Assembly (NCBI GenBank): GCA_964463155.1
Contig: CAYXAY010000001.1
Span: 1-32,000 of the forward strand
Reading direction: 5' to 3'
Origin: an uncultured archaeon
GTDB lineage: Archaea > Iainarchaeota > Iainarchaeia > Iainarchaeales > CSSED10-239
DNA: 32,000 nt
In this document: piece after piece, positions 1 through 9,822 of the stretch
Position numbering within the stretch: position 1 is the stretch's first letter
How the letters are laid out: every line of letters begins with the position of its first letter
Made by a program: the position numbers and the translations under genes
Notes under the pieces: generated by a model
What the model was told of the DNA's origin: nothing
What the model saw: only the letters and a program-made list of their open reading frames with translations
The model's database searches: none

Positions 1-351
1 ATAATACATTTTGTAATGTTTTTATGAGCGAAATAGTAAAAGACATTTTTAATGTCGTATCTCAAAAATATAATATCAAAATTCATACGCAAGAAACAGC
101 TGTTGGTCAGATACATCTGTTTCTTGAATTGCCAACAACAATGTGCATACGACAAGCAATCTGCTTGTTGAAGTCAAACACAGCACACAACAGTTTTACA
201 ATCTTTCCGGGATTAAAAAAAAGATATCCCAAGGGGGCATTTCTGGAGTAAATATACTTACTATGAAAGTATAGGGAAAGTAACTGCAGAAACAGTACGA
301 AAATATATTAACGACGGACAAAAAAAGTATGAGCAGTTACATGCAAATTAA
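1..351 (+). pseudogene. tnpA: IS200/IS605-family Y1 (HUH) transposase TnpA, truncated by the left window edge and frameshifted
   Basis: Frame 3 (open from the window edge to stop 249-251) reads ...AVGQIHLFLELP...LKSNTAHNSF..FPGLKKRYPKG. Frame 1 continues from about 229 as HFWSKYTYYESIGKVTAETVRKYINDGQKKYEQLHAN, with stop at 349-351. Together they match the IS200 TnpA layout: HUH strand, LKG.S, LWs.sYf..svG, ..kYI..Q. The frames switch at the G5 run at 233-237. The HUH position reads Q-I-H. Confidence 0.6.
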
Positions 352-359
352 TTAATAAT

Positions 360-433
360 GGAGCCCGCTAGTAATACTGCACACTTGTGTGCAGATAAGA
401 GCTCCCGATAAACATTAAATCGCGAAGCGATTT
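360..433 (+). repeat. Nested or adjacent perfect hairpins just downstream of the tnpA remnant, a candidate IS200/IS605 subterminal (right-end) structure
   Basis: ctgcacac(377-384) tt gtgtgcag(387-394) forms a perfect 8-bp stem. It is enclosed by ggagc(360-364)/gctcc(401-405). A second hairpin is aaatcgc(417-423) gaa gcgattt(427-433). IS200/IS605 ends carry subterminal hairpins recognised by TnpA. Confidence 0.4.
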
Positions 434-662
434 GGTTCATTCTGCAAAACCCCGATTTTGTAAAGCAAATTATTGGGTTTTTGATTTTGAGGGGAACTAT
501 AATTCAGATTCTATATTTTTGTTAAATATTAAAACCGATCAAGAATATTCTATTTTATTAAAAAATGAATTAGAAAATATACACCTTCCATTTTTAGGAT
601 ATAATATTTATTTAGAAAAAGAAAACGCAATTTATTATAAAAAAACAAAATATAATAATTAA
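432..662 (+). CDS. hypothetical small protein (76 aa, TTG start); may be spurious
   Basis: Only an ORF in an AT-rich spacer, convergent with topA. No recognisable motif, no clear RBS, and the start lies inside a hairpin. Confidence 0.2.
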   Translation: MVHSAKPRFCKANYWVFDFEGNYNSDSIFLLNIKTDQEYSILLKNELENIHLPFLGYNIYLEKENAIYYKKTKYNN

Positions 663-2869
663 TTTTTTGTTTTTTTAACAACTTTTGGTTTCTTTTTTTC
701 TTTATCTTTTATTTTTGTTGATTTTACTTTTTTTGATTGTGTGTCGGTTTTTTGTTTGATTTTTTCTGCCTTTAACTTTTTTTTATATGCGTCTTTCTCT
801 GCTTTTTCTACTTTGGCTTCTTCTTTTTCAGCAACCCTGGCCTCGTATTCTTTTTGTTGTTCAATCCTTTTAAAGCATTTATGATTCAAACAAACGTCAA
901 TTCCACCACTTCTTGTAAGTATCTTAATAATAGGATATTTACATTCTTCACAAATCTTTCCAGTGCCATCCACCTTATACTTCTGTGGCAAAGGGAAAGT
1001 GTTCTTACAAGCAGGATATCCAGAACACGCAGCAAACTGTTTATTACTCTTACTAATCCTTACAATCAATTCTTTGCCGCACAAAACACATTTCCCAAGA
1101 ACAGAATCACATCTTGTGGCAGTCCTTAGTTCTTGCGAAATTTCGTTTTTTTCTTTAATCAATATCTTAACAATATCTTTAAGAGTAATTCTTGTTTTAT
1201 CTACAACTTCTTTTTTGTCCATTTTTCCAACAGCAACCATTTCCATATCTTCTTCAATCAATGATGTCAATTTAGGTTGAGTAATCAATTCACAATGCTT
1301 GTTAAGAACAGAGCACACTGCAATTGCTATGTTAGTTGCACTAATGCTTTTTGTTCCTTGAATATATCTTCTGTCTCTTAGTTTCTTAATAATTACTGGT
1401 CTTGTTGATTTAGTTCCGAGGTTTTGTTCTTCCATAAGTTTGATAAGCCCTGCTTCTGTATAATGGATAGGTGGCGTTGTTTCTTTGTCTTCCTTTAATA
1501 TTTCAAGAACAGGGACAATATCTCCTTTTTTTAAATCAGGCAAAATTGTTTCATTTAATTTAGAGAAATAATATATTTTCTTCCACCCCGGTTCAATAAT
1601 TGTTTGCCCATTTACTACAAAAGGCGCGTTTTTGATATCTATGATTGCAGAAATGTTTTCGGTTTTTGCATCCTTATAAAGTGTTGCCAAAAATCTTCTA
1701 GTTACCAAATCAAATATTTTTTTTTCAGCTCCAACAAGCTTGTTTGAATAACTAACCGGATAGATTGGCGGGTGATCCGTTGTTTCTTTTTCTCCTCTGG
1801 AAGGATGTATGGGATTTGATAATATCTCTTTTGCAATTTCTTTGTAGTCCTTGTCTTGAGAAACAATTTCTACAATTTCTTTAATATTAATTGTTGCAGG
1901 ATAAACCGTATTGTCTGTTCTTGGGTAACTAATAAGTCCTTGTTGATACAAATTTTCAGCAATATTCATGGCTTGGTTTGTGCTAATCCCAAAAATACTT
2001 GATGCTGCTCTCAAAAAGCTGGTGGTATTAAACGGTTCTGGTCTGTTAAGTGTTTTTTCTTTCTTTGAAACGACCTTAACAATCCCTTCTTTTTCATTCT
2101 TGATATTTTCAAAAATCGTTTTTGCTTTTTCAGTATCAAAAAACTTTCCTTCTTTGTGGTTTCCTGAAAACTTAATCTTGTCTTTTTCAAAATTAGCAAT
2201 TATTTCAATATATTTCTCAGGAACAAATTTTAATCTTTCAAGTTCCCTTTCAACTACAAAATTCAATAAAGGAGTTTGTACTCTTCCCGCAGAAATGAAA
2301 AGTTTTCCTTTTCTGTTTGATACAACAGAAAGATATCTAGTAAGTATTGCCCCCCACAAAAGATCAACTTCTTGACGCGCAAAAACAGAATCTGCGTAAT
2401 TGAAATCAACTTTTCTTAAATTATTAAAAGAATCAATAACTTCCGTTTCTGTTAATGCACTAAAATATGCTCTTTGAAGATTAGCGTTCTTGTTTTGTTC
2501 AGCAACATAATTATAAGCCTCCACTCCAATTGCCTCTCCTTCTCTATCAGCGTCTGTTGCAATAATTATATTGTCTAATTTTTCTCTTTTCTTTCTAAGG
2601 CAAGAAATTATTGCCTTTTCAACCTGAAGATAAGTAAGTTCCTTATCTGCCAAAAGATCAAGAACATAAATGTTCCAATAGTTATTGTCTCCAACAAAAT
2701 CAACAGTGTTTATGTGTCCTCTAAGAGGAATTACAAGAGCATTCTGTCCCTCCCAATCAAAAGAAAAGCAATTAACGCCGTTTTCGACTATGGTGTCAAA
2801 CTTGTTTCTAGAGAGGATGCTTGCAAGTCTTTTTCCTGCAATGGCTTTCTCTGAAATTATTAGCTGCAT
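659..2869 (-). CDS. topA: DNA topoisomerase I (type IA) with C-terminal zinc ribbons and a Lys-rich tail
   Basis: TOPRIM motif IIATDADREGEAIG, active-site Tyr context LISYPRTDN, Zn-ribbon Cys clusters (CVLCGKEL...CSGYPACKN; CEECKYP...CLNHKC), and a K-rich C-terminus. No helicase domain, so not reverse gyrase. Confidence 0.9.
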   Translation of the reverse strand: MQLIISEKAIAGKRLASILSRNKFDTIVENGVNCFSFDWEGQNALVIPLRGHINTVDFVGDNNYWNIYVLDLLADKELTYLQVEKAIISCLRKKREKLDNIIIATDADREGEAIGVEAYNYVAEQNKNANLQRAYFSALTETEVIDSFNNLRKVDFNYADSVFARQEVDLLWGAILTRYLSVVSNRKGKLFISAGRVQTPLLNFVVERELERLKFVPEKYIEIIANFEKDKIKFSGNHKEGKFFDTEKAKTIFENIKNEKEGIVKVVSKKEKTLNRPEPFNTTSFLRAASSIFGISTNQAMNIAENLYQQGLISYPRTDNTVYPATINIKEIVEIVSQDKDYKEIAKEILSNPIHPSRGEKETTDHPPIYPVSYSNKLVGAEKKIFDLVTRRFLATLYKDAKTENISAIIDIKNAPFVVNGQTIIEPGWKKIYYFSKLNETILPDLKKGDIVPVLEILKEDKETTPPIHYTEAGLIKLMEEQNLGTKSTRPVIIKKLRDRRYIQGTKSISATNIAIAVCSVLNKHCELITQPKLTSLIEEDMEMVAVGKMDKKEVVDKTRITLKDIVKILIKEKNEISQELRTATRCDSVLGKCVLCGKELIVRISKSNKQFAACSGYPACKNTFPLPQKYKVDGTGKICEECKYPIIKILTRSGGIDVCLNHKCFKRIEQQKEYEARVAEKEEAKVEKAEKDAYKKKLKAEKIKQKTDTQSKKVKSTKIKDKEKKKPKVVKKTKN

Positions 2870-2878
2870 TTTAATTCA

Positions 2879-3349
2879 TTAAAAAGTAGTTTGTAGTATT
2901 TTTCTTGGAAGATTCTTACTATTCTTGTGCTCCTTTAATATTGTAAGTATGCTTGCCTTTGTTATACCATCAATCTTGAAGATACTATCTAATAGTGCCC
3001 TTAAGTCAGACTTGTCAAGAGCCATGGCCCTAGCAAGAACATTATATTCTCCAGTGACCTCAACAACTTCCTTTAGATCTTCCATTTCTTTTAATTTTTT
3101 TATGATTTCGTTTTGTTTAGATGGGTCAATGGTAATTAATATTTCAACCTTTTCGTTAAAACCAAGAACCTCATAATCAATCTCTGTAGTAATTGATTTT
3201 ATTATTCCTCTTTGTATCAACCTATCAAGTCTTTTCTTTATAGCAACGTCTGTTAGATTTATGTCTTTTGCAATATTTGCAAATGACATTCTTCCATTGA
3301 TTGCTAATTGTTCAATTATATATTTATCTATTTTATCAATTATCTGCAT
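2879..3349 (-). CDS. Lrp/AsnC-family transcriptional regulator
   Basis: 156 aa. N-terminal wHTH (LAINGRMSFANIAKDINLTDVAIKKRLDRL) followed by an ACT-like RAM domain pattern, the typical size and architecture. Confidence 0.85.
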   Translation of the reverse strand: MQIIDKIDKYIIEQLAINGRMSFANIAKDINLTDVAIKKRLDRLIQRGIIKSITTEIDYEVLGFNEKVEILITIDPSKQNEIIKKLKEMEDLKEVVEVTGEYNVLARAMALDKSDLRALLDSIFKIDGITKASILTILKEHKNSKNLPRKILQTTF

Positions 3350-3366
3350 ACTAAATCTTTCCTATT

Positions 3367-4080
3367 TTATCTTATTGGCTTTAACAAATGATATTTGTCC
3401 AAATAAACTTCTGTTTTTAATATTTCAATAAATGGTATAACAAACATCACAAAGAACGCCGTTGCAATTATCGGTCCTGCAAATACTCCAAACAAAACAT
3501 CAATAATGTAGGTTATAAGTAGCAAAATAAACACCGTCAAGAAAAGATACACAAAATATATCCAGTTCTTTCTAATGTAGTTTAAATTTATAACTAACGC
3601 GTATTCTGCACTTTGTTTTTCCATAACAATGATTTGTGGGATAAACCAAAACAATATGGTTATGACTAGCAACACAATGTTTATGAAAATATTATTTAGC
3701 AAACCAAAATCAAACAAAAAGCAAAGAGCCAAATACAAAAGCAAATAGAATGAAACATTGAATTTAAACAACTCAATAAAAGGCCTTCTTAGTTCCTTAG
3801 AATATTTGCTTTCAAAATCATATTCTCTTTCAACCCTATAAACAATAATTGCTTGAAGCAAAGAATATGCAAATATTATTGCAACAAATGCAATCAAGGT
3901 AAGTATTATTATCAAGGCATCTTGATTCAAAAGATTATAAGTAATATTCAAACTACCCCCGGAAATACTAAACAAAGGATTTACTAAAAACAAAGTAAAT
4001 ATCAACAATAGACTTGTTGCAAAGACTAGCTTGATATTTTGCATATATTTCTTTAACGCTATATTAATGTCCAGACTCAT
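3367..4080 (-). CDS. hypothetical polytopic membrane protein
   Basis: 237 aa with about 6 long hydrophobic segments. No catalytic motif recognised. Confidence 0.55.
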   Translation of the reverse strand: MSLDINIALKKYMQNIKLVFATSLLLIFTLFLVNPLFSISGGSLNITYNLLNQDALIIILTLIAFVAIIFAYSLLQAIIVYRVEREYDFESKYSKELRRPFIELFKFNVSFYLLLYLALCFLFDFGLLNNIFINIVLLVITILFWFIPQIIVMEKQSAEYALVINLNYIRKNWIYFVYLFLTVFILLLITYIIDVLFGVFAGPIIATAFFVMFVIPFIEILKTEVYLDKYHLLKPIR

Positions 4081-4162
4081 AAAATCAACTCTTTATTTTT
4101 CTAATTTTTGACAAATTATTGTTTAGTTTATATAATATATTGACAGATTTCTTTTTAAATAA

Positions 4163-5389
4163 TTAACTTTTATTAGAAATAACCTTTCCAACTAGATACC
4201 TTGCCTTTGTCTCAGTTATCTTTACTTTTATTGTTTTTGAAAGCTCATAGTCACCAAATACAACAACCTGCTTATATTCTTTTGTTCTTCCTATGCTTGT
4301 TTTGTTTTTTCCTTTTTCAGTAATTAGTATTTCTTTTGTATTTCCAATAAGTTTTTTGTTGTTATCAACAGCAATTTTTAAGCAAAGCGCAGTTACAATC
4401 CTTGATCTTTCTTTTTTAATTCTTCCCGGGAGGTCCTTATATTTGTTTGCCTCAATTCCTTTTCTTTTTCCAAACCGCGAAACATTAACAACATCAAATT
4501 TGCATTTTTTTATAGTTTCTAATGTTTCTTGAAATTCTTTTTCCGTTTCTGTTGGGAAACCAACAATAATGTCTGTTGTAAGAGTCAAGTCTTTTATGTT
4601 TTTTCTAAAATAAGAAACCAAGTCAAGATATTCTTTTTTGGAATAATATCTATTCATTTTCTTTAAAACAACATTGCTTGCGCTTTGAATAGGGAGATGC
4701 AAGAATTTATACATTTTTTCTGATTTCATAACTTCAACAATTTCTTTTTTATAATTTTTGAAATGTTGCGGGTTGCCCATCCCAAGCCGTATTTTAAAGT
4801 TTTCAGGAACTTTTATTATTTCTTTTAAAAGCTTTCCAATATCTGTTTTTATATCTATACCATAACACCCAGTATCTTGAGCGGTAAGAAGTATTTCTTT
4901 TGCGCCATTTTCCACTGCGCCAATAACTTCTTTTTTTATTTCTTCAACATCCTTGCTTTTAAGTTTGCCTCTTGCAAACTTGACTGCGCAATATGCGCAA
5001 TTTCCAAGACAACCATTTGCAATGATTATTGCCTTTGTTAGTTTGTGTTCTTTTGATTGGTTATTTCTGTATTTGTCAAGATAAGAGATTAGTTTTTTCT
5101 TATCTTTGATTCCAACAAATTTAGCATTTGGCAAAAGTTCTTTTAGAGTCTTTGAATCAATATCCACAAGGCAACCAGTAATTATGATTTCCTTGTTCTT
5201 TAAAACATCAAAATTATCAGAAATATATTTGTAAATTTTTGTTTCTGTTTGTTCTTTGACACCACAGGTATTGATTATAACAATATTTGCGTTTTTTTCT
5301 GTTTTTGCAAAATACATTCCAGAGACAATATCTTGACTATCTCTTTGGTTTAAGGTACAACCAAATGTTTTAATAAAAATAGTTTTCAT
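4163..5389 (-). CDS. Radical-SAM tRNA methylthiotransferase, archaeal MiaB-like/CDKAL1-type (UPF0004 + radical SAM + TRAM)
   Basis: N-terminal Cys triad contexts (FGCTLNQ, NTCGVK, TGCLV), radical-SAM CxxxCxxC (CLGNCAYC), and a C-terminal TRAM-like beta domain. Confidence 0.85.
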   Translation of the reverse strand: MKTIFIKTFGCTLNQRDSQDIVSGMYFAKTEKNANIVIINTCGVKEQTETKIYKYISDNFDVLKNKEIIITGCLVDIDSKTLKELLPNAKFVGIKDKKKLISYLDKYRNNQSKEHKLTKAIIIANGCLGNCAYCAVKFARGKLKSKDVEEIKKEVIGAVENGAKEILLTAQDTGCYGIDIKTDIGKLLKEIIKVPENFKIRLGMGNPQHFKNYKKEIVEVMKSEKMYKFLHLPIQSASNVVLKKMNRYYSKKEYLDLVSYFRKNIKDLTLTTDIIVGFPTETEKEFQETLETIKKCKFDVVNVSRFGKRKGIEANKYKDLPGRIKKERSRIVTALCLKIAVDNNKKLIGNTKEILITEKGKNKTSIGRTKEYKQVVVFGDYELSKTIKVKITETKARYLVGKVISNKS

Positions 5390-5398
5390 AATTTTTAA

Positions 5399-5785
5399 TT
5401 ATTTTTTAGAAGCAATTATTCCAATTGCTCCGGCTATAACAAATCCAAAAAATGAAGATGAGATAAACTGTTGCCAAAACCGCAAATCCCTTGGAACCGC
5501 CATATTATTTAATACAACGTACAATTCATAAGCAAAAATATAAACAACAATATAATAACAAATAATTGAAATCACAATAAACAATGCAAATATAGTCCAT
5601 TTATTCCAGTTAGTATATTCTTCAATGACTGGCATTACAAGAAACATTCCAAAGAACGAAACAATCGGCAAAAGAATATACATTGGGCTTGTAAAGAAAT
5701 TGTCCTTTGCTAAAAAATAATAGACAACTTGCGCCAAAACATAAGCCAAAATAAAAAATAAACTGATTTTAAGGATTTTAGTCAT
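5399..5785 (-). CDS. hypothetical small membrane protein (4 predicted TM segments)
   Basis: 128 aa, four hydrophobic stretches, 10 nt upstream of the methylthiotransferase gene on the same strand. Confidence 0.5.
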   Translation of the reverse strand: MTKILKISLFFILAYVLAQVVYYFLAKDNFFTSPMYILLPIVSFFGMFLVMPVIEEYTNWNKWTIFALFIVISIICYYIVVYIFAYELYVVLNNMAVPRDLRFWQQFISSSFFGFVIAGAIGIIASKK

Positions 5786-5929
5786 CTATATCACTAAATA
5801 TATTCTACTCCAAAAGAGTTTTAAATAGTTTAGAAAATTAAAAGAATATATTTAAAAACAAGTTGTTAAACAAATAAAATAGTTATATAATATATTAGTT
5901 AGTTACAATAAAATTTAAATGGAACAATT

Positions 5930-6892
5930 ATGATTAGCGCCTCAGCACCATGGACTGAAAAATACAGACCTCAAATACTTGATTATATATCAGGCCAAAA
6001 ACACGTTGTTCTAAAACTTAAAAAATATGTTGAAACCAAATCAATACCAAACATGCTTTTTGCTGGACCGCCAGGAGTTGGTAAAACCTGTTGCGCAATT
6101 GCATTAGCAAAAGAATTATTTAAAGATGGTTATTCCCAAGATTTCTTGGAATTAAACGCCAGTGATGAAAGAGGAATAGGAGTTGTTAGAGGAGCAATAA
6201 AAGATTTTGCAAGAACCATGGCGCTAACATCAAATTTCAAAATTATATTTCTAGACGAAGCAGATGCTTTAACCCCCGAAGCGCAACAAGCATTAAGAAG
6301 AACAATGGAAAAATACACTAACACCGTAAGATTTATTTTAAACGCAAACTATTCTTCTAAATTGATCCCGCCAATACAAAGCAGATGCGCATTATTCAAA
6401 TTTAAACCATTAACAAAAGAAGACATTAAAGACAGAATAGAATATATTGTTAAAGAAGAAAAACTAAAGATTGATAAAGAAGCAATTGAAGCAATTAACG
6501 AGGTTTGCGAAGGCGACTTAAGAACTGCGATCAATCTTTTGCAGACCGCTGCGTCAACTAACAATCACATAACAGAAAAAGAAATTTACATAGTTTCAAA
6601 TTCTGCTCAGCCACAAGACATAATACATTTAATTGATGCTTGTCTTTCAAAGGATTTCTTAAAAGCAAGAACAACACTTGAAACTTTGCTGTTTGATCAC
6701 GGCCTTTCCGGAGAAGACATAATCAATCACATCTATAAAAAAATAATAACCTATCCTGAAAACAAAATAAGCACTAACAAAAAACTAAAAATCATTGACA
6801 AGATTGCAGAATTTAATTACAGATTAGTGCAAGGCGCAAATGACAGAATTCAACTTGAAGCATTAATCTCACAAATAATATTAATTGAGTAG
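5930..6892 (+). CDS. rfcS: Replication factor C small subunit
   Basis: PWTEKYRP box, Walker A GPPGVGKT, Walker B FLDEADAL, SRC motif (QSRCALF). At 320 aa there is no intein. Confidence 0.92.
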   Translation: MISASAPWTEKYRPQILDYISGQKHVVLKLKKYVETKSIPNMLFAGPPGVGKTCCAIALAKELFKDGYSQDFLELNASDERGIGVVRGAIKDFARTMALTSNFKIIFLDEADALTPEAQQALRRTMEKYTNTVRFILNANYSSKLIPPIQSRCALFKFKPLTKEDIKDRIEYIVKEEKLKIDKEAIEAINEVCEGDLRTAINLLQTAASTNNHITEKEIYIVSNSAQPQDIIHLIDACLSKDFLKARTTLETLLFDHGLSGEDIINHIYKKIITYPENKISTNKKLKIIDKIAEFNYRLVQGANDRIQLEALISQIILIE

Positions 6893-6903
6893 GTGAAAAA
6901 AAC

Positions 6904-8655
6904 TTGGTAACAACATCATACATAGACGAATTAAAAGAACAAATGGCAAAGGACTTAGAAAAGGCCAACAAAAACATTGAAGATAAAAAAGCAAAAGAGG
7001 AACAAAAAACAATCGCGCCTCCTGAAACAAAATCCATTATTTCATCAAATGAAACAAAACTGGATAATATTAAGGACACTTCTAAATCATCAGCCACAGA
7101 TGATCTTGACCAGTTTGTGCCAAGGCAGACAAGTGAGTCAATAAAAACCTTTATGACTACAATAAAAAATGACAAGGAAGCAGACATTTTAATTTCTAAA
7201 TGGGAATCAACAGGAAAGCTTGTAACAAAATATGCGGACACAGAAATCTACAGGGTTCTAGACGAACCTCTTCTTTATTATAAAACATCAATACCAAAAC
7301 CATCCCCAAACCAAAAACTAATAATAAACACATTAAAGGAAGCAACGACCAGACTAATAACAACAGACCCTTATAAGATCAGAGACCCAATCCAAAGACA
7401 AAACATTTATTACCAAAAAATTTTAGAGATTCTAGAAAACGCTCCAGAAATCAATGTTCCAAAGCATTTGTTTGACTTCTACGCTAAAGCGGTTGTTACT
7501 GAAATGGTTGGCTTTGGTATGATTGATACTTTGATTCACGACACAAAGCTTGAAGAAATAATGATTATTGGTCCAAAAAAGCCAGTATATATTTATCACA
7601 GAGACTATGGAATGATGTATACCAACATTATTTTCTACACAGACGAAGAAATACAAGACATCATTGACAAGATTGCAAGAGTTCTTGGAAGAAGAGTAGA
7701 CATCTCTAATCCATTACTAGATGCTAGACTTCCAGACGGCTCTCGTGTAAATGCAACAATACCACCGGCATCAATTGATGGTTCAACAATAACTATTAGA
7801 AAATTTAGAGAGGACCCTTACACAATCGTGGACTTGATAAACTTTTCAACAATCAATATGGAAGTGGCAGCATTCCTTTGGTGTGCGGTTGATGGCATGG
7901 GCGCAAAACCAGCAAACCTATTAATCTCTGGTGGAACTGGTTCTGGTAAAACAACATTACTAAATGTTCTTGCAAACTTTATTCCAAATTCAAGTAGAGT
8001 TCTAACAATTGAAGACACTGCAGAATTAAAACTTCCAATAAAACACATAATAAGATTTGAAGGAAAGCCTCCGGGTTTAGAAGGAACAGGAGAATTAACT
8101 CTTGACATCCTTGTAAAAAACACTTTAAGAATGAGACCCGACAGAATAATAGTGGGCGAAATCAGACACGCAGAAGCAAGCACGTTGTTTACTGCCATGA
8201 ATACAGGTCACGACGGCTGTATGGGAACAATACACGCTAACACAGCAAGAGAAACCCTTGTAAGAATAACTTCTCCACCAATGGATGTTCCAATGCTAAT
8301 GCTTGCCGGTCTAGACTTTATTGTTGTTGAAAAAAGAATGAACACCACCAGAGGTTTGGTCAGAAGAATAATTGAAGTTGCAGAGATTACAGGGGTCTAT
8401 GAAAACAATCCAAAATGTAATACGATCTTTAGATGGAACCCTCAAACAGACAATCTTGAAAGAACACCTGAGCCAATAAGATACTTTGATATTATAAAAA
8501 CCTATACAAAAAACACAGATGCAGATATTAAGGCAATTGTGGAGAAAAAGATAAGTATTTTAAATGGTTTAGTTAAAAAGAATATTAGGTCCATAGATGA
8601 GGTTTCAAAGGTCGTCCAGGATACTTACACTCAAGAAATGAAGCCCAATATGTGA
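6904..8655 (+). CDS. Type IV pilus / type II-IV secretion family ATPase (archaeal EpdL/ArlI/TadA-like) with a roughly 110-aa low-complexity N-terminal extension
   Basis: Walker A SGGTGSGKTT, Asp box TIEDTAEL, Walker B PDRIIVGEIR, His box GHDGCMGTIHAN. TTG start at 6904 lies 7 nt after AGGTGA; an alternative ATG is at 6943. Confidence 0.88.
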   Translation: MVTTSYIDELKEQMAKDLEKANKNIEDKKAKEEQKTIAPPETKSIISSNETKLDNIKDTSKSSATDDLDQFVPRQTSESIKTFMTTIKNDKEADILISKWESTGKLVTKYADTEIYRVLDEPLLYYKTSIPKPSPNQKLIINTLKEATTRLITTDPYKIRDPIQRQNIYYQKILEILENAPEINVPKHLFDFYAKAVVTEMVGFGMIDTLIHDTKLEEIMIIGPKKPVYIYHRDYGMMYTNIIFYTDEEIQDIIDKIARVLGRRVDISNPLLDARLPDGSRVNATIPPASIDGSTITIRKFREDPYTIVDLINFSTINMEVAAFLWCAVDGMGAKPANLLISGGTGSGKTTLLNVLANFIPNSSRVLTIEDTAELKLPIKHIIRFEGKPPGLEGTGELTLDILVKNTLRMRPDRIIVGEIRHAEASTLFTAMNTGHDGCMGTIHANTARETLVRITSPPMDVPMLMLAGLDFIVVEKRMNTTRGLVRRIIEVAEITGVYENNPKCNTIFRWNPQTDNLERTPEPIRYFDIIKTYTKNTDADIKAIVEKKISILNGLVKKNIRSIDEVSKVVQDTYTQEMKPNM

Positions 8656-9809
8656 TTTTTAAAATGCAAGAAGATGATAAAAATTTAAAAAATTTTAAAA
8701 AAGAACTGGAGAAAGACGAGTCAAAGCCAACAATTGATTTGGATGCTGTTCAAAACATAGTTTCTAAATTAAAAGATAAAGACAGAGTAAAAGGGCTTTC
8801 AGGAACTGTTTCTGAAGGACACTTAAAGGAATTAAGAGACATCATTTCTGAAGGAAAGCTTGCAAAATTAAATGTTGATACAGAAACAAAACTTCTTGCT
8901 AACTCTGAGTCACAAATCAATAAAGGGGCAGTAAAGATTTATGGCGCCTTTCAAGGGCCCATTAATGCTATTGTCAAATCAATAATCAAGCAAAGCATAG
9001 GAAGAAAAATCGCATTTTATTTATATTCTGCAGGCACAAAAAAAACTCTTGTTCAACATCTTGTTCTTTCAGTCATCTATTCTTTAATAGTGACTGTAGG
9101 ACTTGGTTTTTTTATGCTAATAATACTTGCAATAGTTAATCCGTTGTTTTTGATATTCTGGCCTGCAATAATCATATTTGTGTTTATATTTGCATTAATA
9201 TCATTTGCTTATCTTGTGCCTATGCAAAAGGCAAGGCTTAGAGGAATAATGATTGACACAGAGCTTCCATATGTTCTAAGACACATATCAACAGAGTTAC
9301 AGGCGGGCATTGGTCTTTACAAGACATTACAGTCTGTTGCAAAAAACGATTATGGTGTTTTGTCAGAGGAAATGGCAAGAACAATAATTGAGATAGAAAA
9401 TGGAACAGACACAAAAACAGCACTAAGGCACATGGCTCTAAGAAGTCAATCAAAAAGCTTTAACATAGCAATCTTTCATATTGTAAGAACATTAAACACA
9501 GGTGGCAATCTTTCACAAAGTATTGATAGTGTTGCTAACACAGTTTCCTTTGAATTACTAGAGTCTTCAAAACAGTTTGGAGAAAAAATGAATTTCTTTG
9601 GAATAATATTTATTTTTGTTGCAATTGTTCTTCCAGTGTTTTTAGCAATATTAAGTGCTATTGCAAACGCACCGATTGGACAAGATGGTTCTTTGTTTCT
9701 TCCAGGAGTACTGACTCCAACATTACTAACTATAGTTTATTTGGTAGTAATGCCTGCAATCTTTGTGTTTATATCCTATTATATTAAGATGATAGAACCA
9801 AAAATGTAA
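8652..9809 (+). CDS. Pilus platform membrane protein with a single T2SSF domain (TadB/TadC / EpdJ/K-like)
   Basis: T2SSF-like segment ELPYVLRHISTELQAGIGLYKTLQSVA...ENGTDTKTALRHMALR...NTGGNLSQSID flanked by TM helices. The GTG at 8652 overlaps the ATPase stop (ATGTGA); the ATG at 8664 is an equally plausible start. Confidence 0.75.
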   Translation: MIFKMQEDDKNLKNFKKELEKDESKPTIDLDAVQNIVSKLKDKDRVKGLSGTVSEGHLKELRDIISEGKLAKLNVDTETKLLANSESQINKGAVKIYGAFQGPINAIVKSIIKQSIGRKIAFYLYSAGTKKTLVQHLVLSVIYSLIVTVGLGFFMLIILAIVNPLFLIFWPAIIIFVFIFALISFAYLVPMQKARLRGIMIDTELPYVLRHISTELQAGIGLYKTLQSVAKNDYGVLSEEMARTIIEIENGTDTKTALRHMALRSQSKSFNIAIFHIVRTLNTGGNLSQSIDSVANTVSFELLESSKQFGEKMNFFGIIFIFVAIVLPVFLAILSAIANAPIGQDGSLFLPGVLTPTLLTIVYLVVMPAIFVFISYYIKMIEPKM

Positions 9810-9822
9810 ACGAGTAGAAAAA

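Noticed and set aside
659-800. Lys-rich, A/T-homopolymer-rich tracts at the topA 3' end (and at 18290-18363) as repeat elements
   Set aside because: They are in frame and encode basic C-terminal tails. This is low-complexity coding sequence, not a repeat family or CRISPR-like array.
854-2375. Plus-strand ORFs of 91-135 aa (854-1129, 963-1280, 1968-2375) and a minus-strand 62-aa ORF inside topA
   Set aside because: They lie entirely within a strongly supported topoisomerase gene, either antisense or out of frame. Their products are low-complexity and hydrophobic, typical of shadow ORFs in AT-rich DNA. The same reasoning applies to the other short ORFs in the track that overlap dnaK, dnaJ, polC, polB, the ATPase, nog1 and secF.
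659-2869. Possible reverse gyrase
   Set aside because: The 736-aa protein has no N-terminal helicase or Walker A domain. The architecture is plain type IA topoisomerase plus Zn ribbons.
5930-6892. Inteins in RFC small subunit, and likewise in PolD DP2 (23930-27526)
   Set aside because: Lengths of 320 aa and about 1190 aa, and contiguous conserved motifs, leave no room for an intein insertion.
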